A DNA stretch of 64,000 nucleotides, taken from NCBI GenBank assembly GCA_963812605.1, contig CAWEWF010000004.1:32001-96000 (forward strand), given 5' to 3'. The DNA comes from an uncultured Verrucomicrobiae bacterium (GTDB lineage: Bacteria; Verrucomicrobiota; Verrucomicrobiia; Palsa-1439). The position numbers and the translations under genes are program-made. Shown here piece by piece: positions 8,834 through 17,760 of the stretch (the stretch's first letter is position 1; every line of letters starts with the position of its first letter). Below the pieces are notes generated by a model that was given only the letters and a program-made list of their open reading frames with translations, had not been told where the DNA came from and searched no databases.

Positions 8834-10390
8834 ATGAAGCGGTTCGGAATAGCTTTGCTGATTCTGCTTGCCTTGGGCTCGCTGCCAAACGGCCAGGCGC
8901 AAGTCAGCGTGCTGACGTATCACAATGACAATTTCCGCACGGGCGCGAATACCAACGAAACGATTCTCACGCCGGCCAACGTCAGCTCGAATATCTTCGG
9001 GCGGCTGTTCACACGCAGTGTGGATGGGTATGTGTATGCGCAGCCGCTTGTGGCTGCGGGCGTCAATGTCCCGCGCTTCGGCCCGCGCAACGTCGTCTAT
9101 GTCGCCACCGAGCACGATAGCGTGTACGCGTTCGACGCGGACACCGGCCACAGTTACTGGCACGCCAAACTGCTCCCCAAGCACGGCAAACCTGTGTCGT
9201 CAGTCAAGGACGCAAATTGCACCGACCTTATCCCCGAGATCGGCGTCACCAGCACGCCGGTGATCGATCCATCCACGAGCACGATTTACGTCGTGGAGAA
9301 GGGCAAGACCAATACGGTCTTCTTCCAGCGCCTCCACGCGCTCGACCTCGCTACCGGAGCGGAAAAATTCGGCGGCCCGGTCAACGTGACGGCCAGCGTG
9401 CCGGGCAGCGGTGGGGACAACGTCAACGGCACCATTACTTACAATGCGCTCAGCCAGAACCAACGCCCCGCTCTCCTGCTGCTCAATGGCGTGGTTTACA
9501 TCGCCTCGGCCTCGCATTGCGACAACGACCCCTACCACGGCTGGCTCCTGGGCTACAGCGCCTCCGATCTCGCGCAGGTCGCCGTCTTCAATGCCACGCC
9601 CAACGGCGCGCGCGGCGGCTTCTGGATGTCCGGGTGCGGAGCGGCCGCGGACGCGAGTAACAACATTTACATCAGCACCGGCAATGGCGATTTCGATGCC
9701 GATACGGGCGGCAGCGACTACGGCGACACCACCCTTAAACTCAGCACCAGCAGCGGCCTCGTTGTGACCGATTATTTCACGCCGTTTGACCAGGCCACTC
9801 TTGACGTCAACGACAACGACCACGGCGCCGGCGGAGTTCTCTTGTTGCCCGACCAGCCCGGAGCGCACACGCACCTCGCGATTCAGGGCAGCAAGGAAGG
9901 GAGCCTCTACGTCATGGATCGCGACAATCTGGGGCACTTCCAAAGCGGCAGCGACACCCAGATCGTTCAATCGTTGCCCACCATCATCACCTCCATCTTT
10001 TGCACGCCCGCGTATTTCAACGGGAATATTTACCTCAACGGGATCAATGACGCGCTCAAGGAGTTTGCCCTCACCAATGGCCTGCTTTCCAGCAGCCCCG
10101 TCTCGCAGTCCACCAACAGCATTGGCTTCCCCGGCGCCACGCCCAGCGTCTCCGCCAACGGCATCAGTAATGCCATTGTGTGGACGTTGGACACGCGCGC
10201 TTCCAAGGTGGTGAATGGCCAGGCGGTTCTCTATGCCTACGACGCCACGGACCTGACGCATCAACTCTACAGCAGCGCCGTCAGCCGCCAACCGCCGGGG
10301 CCCGCCGTAAAATTCGCCGTGCCCACGATCGTCAACGGCAAGGTTTATGTGGGCGCCGTCCGCCGCCTGGCCGTGTATGGGCTGCGCTAG
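8834..10390 (+). CDS. Secreted PQQ-like beta-propeller protein
   Basis: Signal peptide, VLTYHNDNFRTGAN, YAQPL, VYVATEHDSVYAFDAD, KFAVPTIVNGKVYV. Confidence 0.8.
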   Translation: MKRFGIALLILLALGSLPNGQAQVSVLTYHNDNFRTGANTNETILTPANVSSNIFGRLFTRSVDGYVYAQPLVAAGVNVPRFGPRNVVYVATEHDSVYAFDADTGHSYWHAKLLPKHGKPVSSVKDANCTDLIPEIGVTSTPVIDPSTSTIYVVEKGKTNTVFFQRLHALDLATGAEKFGGPVNVTASVPGSGGDNVNGTITYNALSQNQRPALLLLNGVVYIASASHCDNDPYHGWLLGYSASDLAQVAVFNATPNGARGGFWMSGCGAAADASNNIYISTGNGDFDADTGGSDYGDTTLKLSTSSGLVVTDYFTPFDQATLDVNDNDHGAGGVLLLPDQPGAHTHLAIQGSKEGSLYVMDRDNLGHFQSGSDTQIVQSLPTIITSIFCTPAYFNGNIYLNGINDALKEFALTNGLLSSSPVSQSTNSIGFPGATPSVSANGISNAIVWTLDTRASKVVNGQAVLYAYDATDLTHQLYSSAVSRQPPGPAVKFAVPTIVNGKVYVGAVRRLAVYGLR

Positions 10391-10396
10391 CATCAC

Positions 10397-10423
10397 GTAG
10401 AACGGGCGAGACGCCCATTCTAC
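10397..10423. repeat. REP-like palindrome GTAGAACGGGCGAGACGCCCATTCTAC between convergent genes
   Basis: Inverted repeat bounded by GTAG...CTAC. Confidence 0.75.
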
Positions 10424-10432
10424 TTTCCGGCG

Positions 10433-11224
10433 CTATCCGCGAGCCGCTTTAACAAGCGCGGCCACCCGCCGCGGATCCACCGGGTGAAAGAGTCTGCCGC
10501 CCTTTTTCAATGATGTCCCGACGATCACCCCATCGGCGTGGCGGAGAAACTCGCGGACGTTGCCAAGGGTAATGCCGCTGCCCAGGAGAATCTTCGCATT
10601 CGGACAAGCGCGCCGCACCCGCTGCACGTCGCTAATGTTCGCCGCGACGCCGGTGCCGGTTCCCGAAATAATGAGTGCGTCAGCCAAGCCCCGTTCCAGC
10701 GTGTCGTGGGCCGAGTCTTCGATCTCGAAATTCCCCAGCGGCACCGCGTGCTTCACGTGCACATCGGCAAAAATGGACACGGCGGGGCAAATCCGTTCAC
10801 GATAGCGGACTGTTTCGTACGCGTTGCCCTCGATGATGCCCTGGTCGGTGAGCATTGCGCCGGTGTGGACGTTGACGCGGATAAAGCTGCCGCCACACGC
10901 CGCGCAAAGCGCCAGCGCGGCCCGGGCATCGTTGCGGAGAACATTGAAGCCCAAGGGCAGATCGATGGCGGCGCGCACGGAGGAACCCGCCGCCGACATC
11001 GTGGCGATCGTCTCGGGGTCGACACCGGCCTTGGTGAAAGGCGCATCGCCGAAATTCTCCACGATGACCGCATCCACCCCGCCGCGTTCATAGGCCCTAG
11101 CGTCGATAAGAGCGTGGTCGATGACCGACTTGAGGTTGCCGCCCCATCGGGGCGAGCCGGGGAGGGGCTGAAGATGGATGACACCGATGACCAGCTTGTG
11201 TTTGGGACGAAAAGGCGCGCTCAT
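10433..11224 (-). CDS. btpA: BtpA/SgcQ family protein
   Basis: GVIHLQPLPGSP, ENFGDAPF, NVLRND and ADVHVKH motifs. Confidence 0.92.
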   Translation of the reverse strand: MSAPFRPKHKLVIGVIHLQPLPGSPRWGGNLKSVIDHALIDARAYERGGVDAVIVENFGDAPFTKAGVDPETIATMSAAGSSVRAAIDLPLGFNVLRNDARAALALCAACGGSFIRVNVHTGAMLTDQGIIEGNAYETVRYRERICPAVSIFADVHVKHAVPLGNFEIEDSAHDTLERGLADALIISGTGTGVAANISDVQRVRRACPNAKILLGSGITLGNVREFLRHADGVIVGTSLKKGGRLFHPVDPRRVAALVKAARG

Positions 11225-11318
11225 TTATGCGCCAGTGTGTCAAAAATGAGCGCGAAAGGGCAGGTTTTTTTACAAAACCGAGAGCGCCGTGTAGGCGTAT
11301 GGTCAACCCGTCAGTTGT

Positions 11319-11501
11319 CTACTCTACGACAACGTGATGTCCGTGGAACTCCCCTTCCAGACGTACTTTACGTGAATTGATGAGGTCGGCCACGATGTAC
11401 GCGCCGAGCTGCTCGTCACGCGTCAATTCGTTGACTGTGGAGATCAATTCCGCCAGTGTTGGAGGGCTCTTACGGGTGGACTTCGTTCCATTCTGTTTCA
11501 T
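11319..11501 (-). CDS. Small hypothetical protein
   Basis: 60-aa ORF TLAELISTVNELT...VADLINSRKVRL. Confidence 0.5.
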   Translation of the reverse strand: MKQNGTKSTRKSPPTLAELISTVNELTRDEQLGAYIVADLINSRKVRLEGEFHGHHVVVE

Positions 11502-11628
11502 GCGTGAGTATTTAGCAGGCGACGTGCCATGTCCCGTTCTCGGGGCTCCGAGCACGGAGTTGCGAGGGACGGGCTTGGTAGCTTGACTCAGGGGGGTATT
11601 TTTGGAATGGTTCCGCTGCACAACGGCT

Positions 11629-11704
11629 GGGGATGTAGCTCAATTGGTAGAGCGCCTCGTTCGCAACGAGGAGGTCAGGGGTTCGAATCCCCTCATCTCC
11701 ACCA
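11629..11704 (+). tRNA. tRNA-Ala(CGC)
   Basis: GGGGATG acceptor stem with G3:U70, anticodon loop TT-CGC-AA, GTTCGAATCC T-loop, encoded CCA. Confidence 0.97.
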
Positions 11705-11721
11705 GTCCTTTTATCCATGAC

Positions 11722-12658
11722 ATGGGCGACACTTCACTTCTGCCTTCGTCGGACACCGACGCGCTGTTGCGCACGATTGGCAACACGCCGCTCATCCCGC
11801 TCCTGCGCATCGGCCGGGAATTCCCCGGCGTCCGCATTTTCGCCAAGGCCGAGTGGTTTAATCCCGGCGGCTCGGTGAAAGACCGCGCGGCTTACCGCAT
11901 GATTCGCGCCGCCGAGTTGTCGGGCCGGCTCACGCCGGGCAGAATCATCCTCGACGCCACGAGCGGCAATACCGGTATCGCCTACGCGATGATCGCCGCG
12001 CGGCGCGGGTACCGCTGCAAATTACTGATGCCCGCCAATGCCAGCACCGAACGCAAGAAACTCCTCCAGGCGTATGGCGCTGAGGTTGTTCTCACGGACC
12101 CCAGCGAAGGCAGCGACGGCGCGTTCTTCGCAGGCGCAGCGTCTTTACAAGGAGCAACCGGATCTCTACGTGTATCCCGACCAGTACGGGAACACTGAAA
12201 ACCCGCGCGCTCACTACGAAACCACCGGCCCCGAGATCATCGAGCAGACCGCCGGCAAGATTACGCATTTCCTCGCCGGTCTCGGCACGAGCGGTACCAT
12301 GATGGGCACGGGGAAGCGGCTCCGCGAGTTTAACCGCGACATCAAGCTCGTTGCCGTCCAGCCCGATGGCCCGTTTCACGGACTCGAAGGACTCAAGCAC
12401 ATGGAAACGACGTCGCACATCCCCGATTTATACGACGCCAAAGTTCCCGACCAAATCGTCGGTATCTCCACGGAAGCCGCGCAGCAAATGGCCAAACGCC
12501 TGACCCACGAAGAGGGCCTTTATGTCGGCGTGAGCGCCGGCGCCGCCATTTGCGCCGCGCTGAAGATCGCGGCCACGATTCAGGAAGGCGCGCTCGTCGC
12601 CATTTGTCCCGACGCCGGCAACCGTTACCAAAGCGAGAAATTCTGGGAGACTGCATGA
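11722..12658 (+). CDS. PLP-dependent cysteine synthase (CysM-like); frameshift near 12130
   Basis: IGNTPL, KAEWFNPGGSVKDR, ATSGNTG in one frame; QYGN..N..AHYETTGPEI and GLGTSGT in the next. Confidence 0.9.
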
Positions 12659-12673
12659 ACGCACACAGTCAAG

Positions 12674-12770
12674 CCCCTCACCCTAACCCTCTCCCTCAAG
12701 GGGAGAGGGGACCGGCGAGCAGACAGCAGTTTCCTCTCCCCTCCGGGGGAGAGGATCAAGGTGAGGGGGG
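12674..12770. repeat. Inverted pair of CCCTCACCCTAACCCTCTCCC...GGGAGAGGG palindromic units
   Basis: Two hairpin units in opposite orientation forming a larger inverted repeat. Confidence 0.8.
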
Positions 12771-12788
12771 CGGAGCGGTTCGTTGCAC

Positions 12789-13193
12789 ATGAAACTCTCT
12801 CAACAACTCCTGCATCAAATCCGCCAACACCTCGAAGCGGGGTATCCGAACGAGGCTTGCGGCGTGATGCTGGGGCAAAATGGGATCGTCAGCGAAGTGG
12901 TTTCCGCGGACAATCAGCGCACCGATAGCGCCCGCAATAGGTATCTCATCGATCCGCTGATCTACCTGAAGATCGAGCGGGAGGCCGACAAGCGCGGGTT
13001 GCAAGTGCTCGGCATTTATCATTCGCATCCCGATGTCGCGGCCCGGCCATCGCAGTTTGACCTCGATCACGCGTGGCCCGATTTTTCGTACCTGATCATT
13101 TCGGTCGTCAAAGGCAAAGCGATGGAATCGAATTCCTGGCGGTTGCGGGACGACCGTTCGGCCTTCGACCAGGAGAACATCGAAGTTTTATAA
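12789..13193 (+). CDS. JAMM/MPN+ (M67, Mec-like) metallopeptidase
   Basis: YPNEACG and YHSHPD...PSQFD JAMM motif; lies in a sulfur-carrier cluster. Confidence 0.92.
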   Translation: MKLSQQLLHQIRQHLEAGYPNEACGVMLGQNGIVSEVVSADNQRTDSARNRYLIDPLIYLKIEREADKRGLQVLGIYHSHPDVAARPSQFDLDHAWPDFSYLIISVVKGKAMESNSWRLRDDRSAFDQENIEVL

Positions 13194-13210
13194 AGGCAAC
13201 AGCCGTCTCA

Positions 13211-14269
13211 ATGAGATCTATGGGCAACCACGCGTCCGGTTTTGATTGGGCTGACGGGCTGCACCGATTCAAATTATTCAAACGGCGTTTTGGTCACGGC
13301 CGGGTGCCTGCATACTGGGAAGACGACCCTATTCTGGCCTGGTGGGCAGCCAGGCTGCGCACGCGTTTGGATCGCTTGACACAGGAACAGATCAGGCAAT
13401 TGTATGGCCTAGGTTTTTATTTTGGGTCGGTGCTGACGGCGTGGGTGGGACGTTACTTGGATTTGGCCAAATACCGGACCAGGAACGGTCATTGCAACGT
13501 GACCGAAAGAGTAGACATGTCCCTAGGGCGCTGGGTGCAACATCAACGTGCCCTCAAACATCGCCTGGATGCGCAACGTCTCAAACTGCTAAACCGCCTC
13601 GGATTCGACTGGTCTCCCATCAACACGCTTTGGGGAGAGAGGGTGGCAGAGCTACACACATTTAAGCAAGGACATGGCCATTGCCGCGTGCCACACCATT
13701 ACCCGGAGTATCCCCATCTGGGAATTTGGGTGAGCAACGTGCGCAGGAAGCGCGATAAGCTTTCTCCGCTACGCCGCCGCCAACTGGATCGGATGGGCCT
13801 AAACTGGGCGCCGCTCGCCTCCTCGTGGGAGGCGCGGGTTCAGGAAGCGGTAATGTGGCGAAAGCTTCACGGCAACTGCCAACCACCGTTCGAGTCTCCA
13901 TTAGGGCGCTGGCTGGCCAAGCGACGGGCAGCCTTTGCGGCCGGGAAGCTCAGTCAGCAGCGCAAGCGGCGATTGGAAAAGCTGGGGGTTGAGCTTAGAC
14001 CATTCCAGTCAAGGTGGGAAAGGCGGTTTACAGAACTCAAAGCCTACAGGGCGCGCCATGGTCACTGCAATGTGCCCCGATCCTGCCCAAAGAATCCTGC
14101 TTTGGGTTTTTGGGTAAGCAAGCAACGCTACTTCAAAGATCGTCTCACTCGCAAGCAGATCGTCCGCCTCAACCAACTCGGCTTCCGCTGGCGGATCCGC
14201 CCGCCGAGACCGCCGCGCGGCCGTCACAGTTCGACCTCGGTCACGCGTGGCCCGATTTTTCGTACCTGA
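13211..14269 (+). CDS. Helicase-associated (HA) domain repeat protein
   Basis: About five repeats of W...L..F/Y...GHCxVP...LG.WV..QR...L..LGF.W; no helicase motifs. Confidence 0.8.
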   Translation: MRSMGNHASGFDWADGLHRFKLFKRRFGHGRVPAYWEDDPILAWWAARLRTRLDRLTQEQIRQLYGLGFYFGSVLTAWVGRYLDLAKYRTRNGHCNVTERVDMSLGRWVQHQRALKHRLDAQRLKLLNRLGFDWSPINTLWGERVAELHTFKQGHGHCRVPHHYPEYPHLGIWVSNVRRKRDKLSPLRRRQLDRMGLNWAPLASSWEARVQEAVMWRKLHGNCQPPFESPLGRWLAKRRAAFAAGKLSQQRKRRLEKLGVELRPFQSRWERRFTELKAYRARHGHCNVPRSCPKNPALGFWVSKQRYFKDRLTRKQIVRLNQLGFRWRIRPPRPPRGRHSSTSVTRGPIFRT

Positions 14270-14370
14270 TCATTTCAGTCGTCAAGGGCAAGGCTGTGGA
14301 GTCGAATTCCTGGCGGCTGCGGGACGACCGTTCGGCGTTCGACCAAGAGGCTGTTGAAATTCTCGCGTAG
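14212..14370 (+). pseudogene. Diverged copy 1 of the JAMM peptidase 3' end
   Basis: AARPSQFDLGHAWPDFSYLIISVVKGKAVESNSWRLRDDRSAFDQEAVEILA* versus 13038-13193. Confidence 0.95.
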
Positions 14371-14408
14371 ATTATCACCAGCGCCTACGTAGATCCGTGC
14401 GGCGATTA

Positions 14409-14635
14409 TCAACGCAGATTCCGGGAAAATTCCTCCGGGGACAGTCGGATATCCTTGATAATCTGTCGGAGAAGAAACGGCGAAACGTCTCGACCCGCAT
14501 GAAAGGGAACAGTCGTTCCGCGACCGTCAGCATGACGATACTGCTTGTGCGAACCGCGCTGACGGACCTCGACGAACCCAAGTCTTTCAGGACCTTTTCC
14601 ACCTCACGCGCCTTCAGTACCGGGAGCCGGGCCAT
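14409..14635 (-). CDS. hicA: HicA toxin (frameshift in a G run near 14578)
   Basis: Restoring one G gives MARLPVLKAREVEKVLKDLGFVEVRQRGSHKQYRHADGRGTTVPFH. Confidence 0.85.
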
Positions 14636-14641
14636 GCATGC

Positions 14642-14848
14642 CTAGACGCTGATGGCTTGCGTTCCGATGAACTCAGCTTCGAGCTGCGGCTCGCCGTCCT
14701 CCAGAAGCATCCCAACAACCTCCTTCAGATTGTCACGCAACTCTTCAAGTGTCGCGCCCTGAGAGTGTGCACCGGGAAACCCGGGAATATATCCCACGAA
14801 CAGGTTCGTCTCCGGGTCACGTTCGACAACGGCGGTGAAGTTTCTCAT
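14642..14848 (-). CDS. hicB: HicB antitoxin
   Basis: FVGYIPGFPGAHSQGATLEELRDNLKE motif; leaderless promoter upstream. Confidence 0.9.
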   Translation of the reverse strand: MRNFTAVVERDPETNLFVGYIPGFPGAHSQGATLEELRDNLKEVVGMLLEDGEPQLEAEFIGTQAISV

Positions 14849-14854
14849 GCCCAG

Positions 14855-14883
14855 AAAGTACCGTTCCACAAGGGAAACGTCAA
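14855..14883 (-). promoter_or_regulatory. sigma70-like promoter of hicBA (leaderless)
   Basis: TTGACG-17-TACTTT, 6 nt before ATG. Confidence 0.7.
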
Positions 14884-14899
14884 CCCCACCGCCAAGTTA

Positions 14900-14928
14900 A
14901 AGAGGCTGTTGAAATTCTGGGGCGATAG
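14900..14928 (+). pseudogene. Copy 2 of the JAMM peptidase 3' end (EAVEILGR*)
   Basis: 19-nt exact repeat AAGAGGCTGTTGAAATTCT of 14345-14363, followed by an in-frame TAG. Confidence 0.7.
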
Positions 14929-14960
14929 GCTAGACTGGGTCTTGCGGGTAATAGCGAATT

Positions 14961-15019
14961 GTAGGGCAAGCGGCCCGCTTGCCACTTATTAATAGCGCCA
15001 ACCGGGCCGGTTGGCCTAC
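14961..15019. repeat. Inverted REP pair (REPIN-like)
   Basis: GTAGGGCAAGCGGCCCGCTTGCC ... GCCAACCGGGCCGGTTGGCCTAC. Confidence 0.8.
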
Positions 15020-15049
15020 AAATCGTGTTTGCAAAAAATGGAGAGAACG

Positions 15050-16537
15050 ATGGCTATTAAAGTCACAATTCCAACGGCCTTGCGTCGCTTTGCCAACGGA
15101 CAGACGACGGTCGAGGTGGCCGGCGTAACGATCAACGAGGTGCTCGGCAACCTGACCGCAGAGCATGCCCAGTTGCGGCCCCATCTCTACAGCGAGGACG
15201 GCAAGCTGCGGAATTTCGTGCGCGTGTACGTCAATGACGAGGACATTCGCGCCCGGGGCGACAATGCGCCCGTCAACGAAGGCGACGAGATTTCCATCGT
15301 GCCGTCGATTGCGGGTGGCAACCTTGCCAAACTTGAGCCGATCATCAAAGATCGCGCGAAGCTGACCAATGACGATATCAAGCGGTATTCGCGACACCTG
15401 ATCCTGCCGGAAGTCGGCGTCGAGGGCCAGGAGCGGCTCAAGGCGGCGAAAGTATTGCTCATCGGCTCGGGTGGACTTGGTTCGCCGATCGCGCTATATC
15501 TGACGGCGGCGGGAATTGGGACGATTGGGATGGTCGAGTTCGACACGGTCGATTTCAGCAATCTCCAGCGGCAGATCATTCATTTCACGGGCGACGTGGG
15601 GAAACACAAGCTCCAGAGCGCCGAGGAAAAACTCAAGGCGATCAACCCGAACCTCAATTTCATCCCCCACCCCGTCAAGCTGACGAGCGAGAACGCGCTC
15701 GACATTATCAAGGACTATGACCTCGTCCTCGACGGCACGGACAACTTCCCGACGCGTTATTTGGTCAATGACGCGTGCGTGATGCTCAAAAAGCCGAATG
15801 TGTACGGCTCGATCTTCCGCTGGGAAGGCATGGCCAGCGTGTTCGCGCCGCACCTGGGTGGTCCCTGCTATCGTTGCTGGTATCCCGAACCGCCGCCGCC
15901 GGGGCTCGTTCCGAGTTGCGCGGAGGGCGGCGTGCTCGGCGTCATCTGCGGCATCATTGGCAACATCCAGGCGAACGAAGCCGTCAAGCTCATCATCGGC
16001 AAGGGCAAACCGCTCATGGGCCGGTTGCTGCGGTTTGACGCGATGGACATGAGCTTCCGCGAGTACAAAATTCCGCGCGACCCGAATTGTCCCGTGTGCG
16101 GCAAGAATCCGACCGTAACCGAACTAATTGACTACAACCAATTCTGCGGCATCGGCCGCGGAGAGGACGAAGGTTCCTCAGGAGATTCCATCGTGGAAAA
16201 AGTTGACACGGGCCTCGGCCCCGACGATATCAGCGTCGAGACGCTCAAACAAATGCGCGACCGCAAAGACGATTTTGTCCTCGTCGATGTCCGCAATCCC
16301 GACGAGTTCGAGATTTGCGTCATCGACGGTTCGGTGAAACTTCCCTTACCGGAGTTGCCGCAGCGGTTTCAGGAACTGCCGAAGGACAAGCTCGTGGTCC
16401 TGCACTGCAAGTCCGGTGGCCGTAGCGGCCGCGCGGTGAAATTCCTCAAGACGCAGGGCTACAGTAAGGTCAAGAACGTCGCCGGCGGCATCAATGCCTG
16501 GGCCGAACGCATCGACCCGGACGTGCCGCAGTATTAA
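15050..16537 (+). CDS. moeB: MoaD/ThiS-like sulfur carrier fused to MoeB/MoeZ adenylyltransferase and rhodanese
   Basis: Ubiquitin-like domain ending IVPSIAGG, then RYSRH, GSGGLG, SNLQRQ, CYRC, SCAEGG, and rhodanese HCKSGGRS. Confidence 0.93.
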   Translation: MAIKVTIPTALRRFANGQTTVEVAGVTINEVLGNLTAEHAQLRPHLYSEDGKLRNFVRVYVNDEDIRARGDNAPVNEGDEISIVPSIAGGNLAKLEPIIKDRAKLTNDDIKRYSRHLILPEVGVEGQERLKAAKVLLIGSGGLGSPIALYLTAAGIGTIGMVEFDTVDFSNLQRQIIHFTGDVGKHKLQSAEEKLKAINPNLNFIPHPVKLTSENALDIIKDYDLVLDGTDNFPTRYLVNDACVMLKKPNVYGSIFRWEGMASVFAPHLGGPCYRCWYPEPPPPGLVPSCAEGGVLGVICGIIGNIQANEAVKLIIGKGKPLMGRLLRFDAMDMSFREYKIPRDPNCPVCGKNPTVTELIDYNQFCGIGRGEDEGSSGDSIVEKVDTGLGPDDISVETLKQMRDRKDDFVLVDVRNPDEFEICVIDGSVKLPLPELPQRFQELPKDKLVVLHCKSGGRSGRAVKFLKTQGYSKVKNVAGGINAWAERIDPDVPQY

Positions 16538-16619
16538 GCGGCGGTTCAGGGTTCTCGGTTCTAGGTTGTAGAATCCTACGACGTACTTCCGGTCAATGGC
16601 CTCTGGGAGCGCGGACGAT

Positions 16620-17303
16620 TTAATCTCTAGCTGTTTTGATCAATTTCTTAAGCCACCATGGTGACCACAATGTCCAATTGGAACGCCCAAGAAGAAGCCC
16701 CGTGATGATGAAAATCATCCAGTTCGCGTAAAACGCCCACCACGAAAGATCCAGCCGATCGCTGAGGAAAAACCCTGTATCGCTTCTGTGAAACACAAAC
16801 AGACGGACCAACTTCACCATGATTGTGCCAATTAAACCAAGGCTGCTGATCCATAACAAAGTCCATTTGGTATGCCAACGGGCAAAGCCAATAACAAGGC
16901 CACTGATGGTAAAAGTCGTAAAAGTAACGTAATTCGGAAGCCAGACCGCCCGCGACGGATGTGAAAGCGAATCCAAGCCGCTCGTATGCCAGATGAATGA
17001 CGTGCCCAAGCTCAACATCGGTGTCATCACCAAACCGAGGACGCCCGTCCAAAACAACGACCATTGGGGTAATACACACGCCATTCCGCAGATTTTCTTG
17101 AACTCGACCTTGAGTTCGTCGGCATGACCCATTCGCTGAACCGAATTCTCAAAGGCTTGTGGCGGATTTGTCCCCGCTTTCATCTGAAGCTCAATTTCTT
17201 CCCGCAAATGAATTTCCAGTTCTTCCAGCGGCACGGGCGTTTTGATTCCGGCGGCGAGCATTTGTTTTCGCCAATCAGCAATTGATTGTTCGAGATCAAA
17301 CAT
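16620..17303 (-). CDS. Permease-prefix-domain membrane protein (PadR partner)
   Basis: MFDLEQSIADWR...LEELEIHLREEI N-terminus plus TM segments. Confidence 0.75.
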   Translation of the reverse strand: MFDLEQSIADWRKQMLAAGIKTPVPLEELEIHLREEIELQMKAGTNPPQAFENSVQRMGHADELKVEFKKICGMACVLPQWSLFWTGVLGLVMTPMLSLGTSFIWHTSGLDSLSHPSRAVWLPNYVTFTTFTISGLVIGFARWHTKWTLLWISSLGLIGTIMVKLVRLFVFHRSDTGFFLSDRLDLSWWAFYANWMIFIITGLLLGRSNWTLWSPWWLKKLIKTARD

Positions 17304-17628
17304 ATTGCTCCTTTTTCAAGCCGGCCAAAACGGAATGCACCAGCGACCATTGTTCGTGATGCTTGGCCATCGCCGTTTTGCCGTCCTTTTTGAGCAAGTA
17401 ATATTTCCGCTTCCGCCCGGTCTCGCTTTCCGCCCATCGCGACTTGATCAAGCCCCGGTGTTCCATGCGGTGCAGCACCGGGTACAGCATGCCGTCCGTC
17501 CAGTTTAGTTTGCCATCCGAGCGCTCTTTGACTTCTTGAATGATGGCGTAACCGTAACTCTCGCCCTTGGCGAGCAGCGACAAAATCAGCGGTTCAGCCG
17601 ATGCGGCGACCAGTTCTTTGCGAATCAT
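17296..17628 (-). CDS. PadR family transcriptional regulator
   Basis: ESYGYAI, GMLYPVLHRME and RKRKYY motifs. Confidence 0.92.
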   Translation of the reverse strand: MIRKELVAASAEPLILSLLAKGESYGYAIIQEVKERSDGKLNWTDGMLYPVLHRMEHRGLIKSRWAESETGRKRKYYLLKKDGKTAMAKHHEQWSLVHSVLAGLKKEQYV

Positions 17629-17634
17629 AGAGAC

Positions 17635-17663
17635 ACGATACATAGACGTTATATGTATGTCAA
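17635..17663 (-). promoter_or_regulatory. Leaderless promoter of padR with inverted repeat in the spacer (possible operator)
   Basis: TTGACA-17-TATCGT, 6 nt before ATG; TACATA...TATGTA palindrome. Confidence 0.7.
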
Positions 17664-17676
17664 GCGGGAAAAATGA

Positions 17677-17718
17677 GGCTCGGTGAAACTCCTGTTACCG
17701 GAGTTGCCACAGTACTAG
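17677..17718 (+). pseudogene. moeB 3'-end remnant 1 (GSVKLLLPELPQY*)
   Basis: Matches 16328-16363 (GSVKLPLPELPQ) fused to the terminal QY-stop. Confidence 0.8.
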
Positions 17719-17760
17719 AAGTCGGCAGGTTGTGTAGCGGCCAGCGACACCGCTCCGCGA

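Noticed and set aside
11629-11704. tRNA-Ala as an integration site for an island
   Set aside because: No integrase nearby and no duplicated tRNA 3' end found downstream by eye.
11602-11721. ORF-track N-terminal extension of cysteine synthase across the tRNA
   Set aside because: Artifact of longest-ORF calling; the real start is probably 11722.
13038-14370. Diversity-generating retroelement VR/TR pair
   Set aside because: Differences are mostly synonymous third-position changes rather than adenine-specific, and no reverse transcriptase is in the window.
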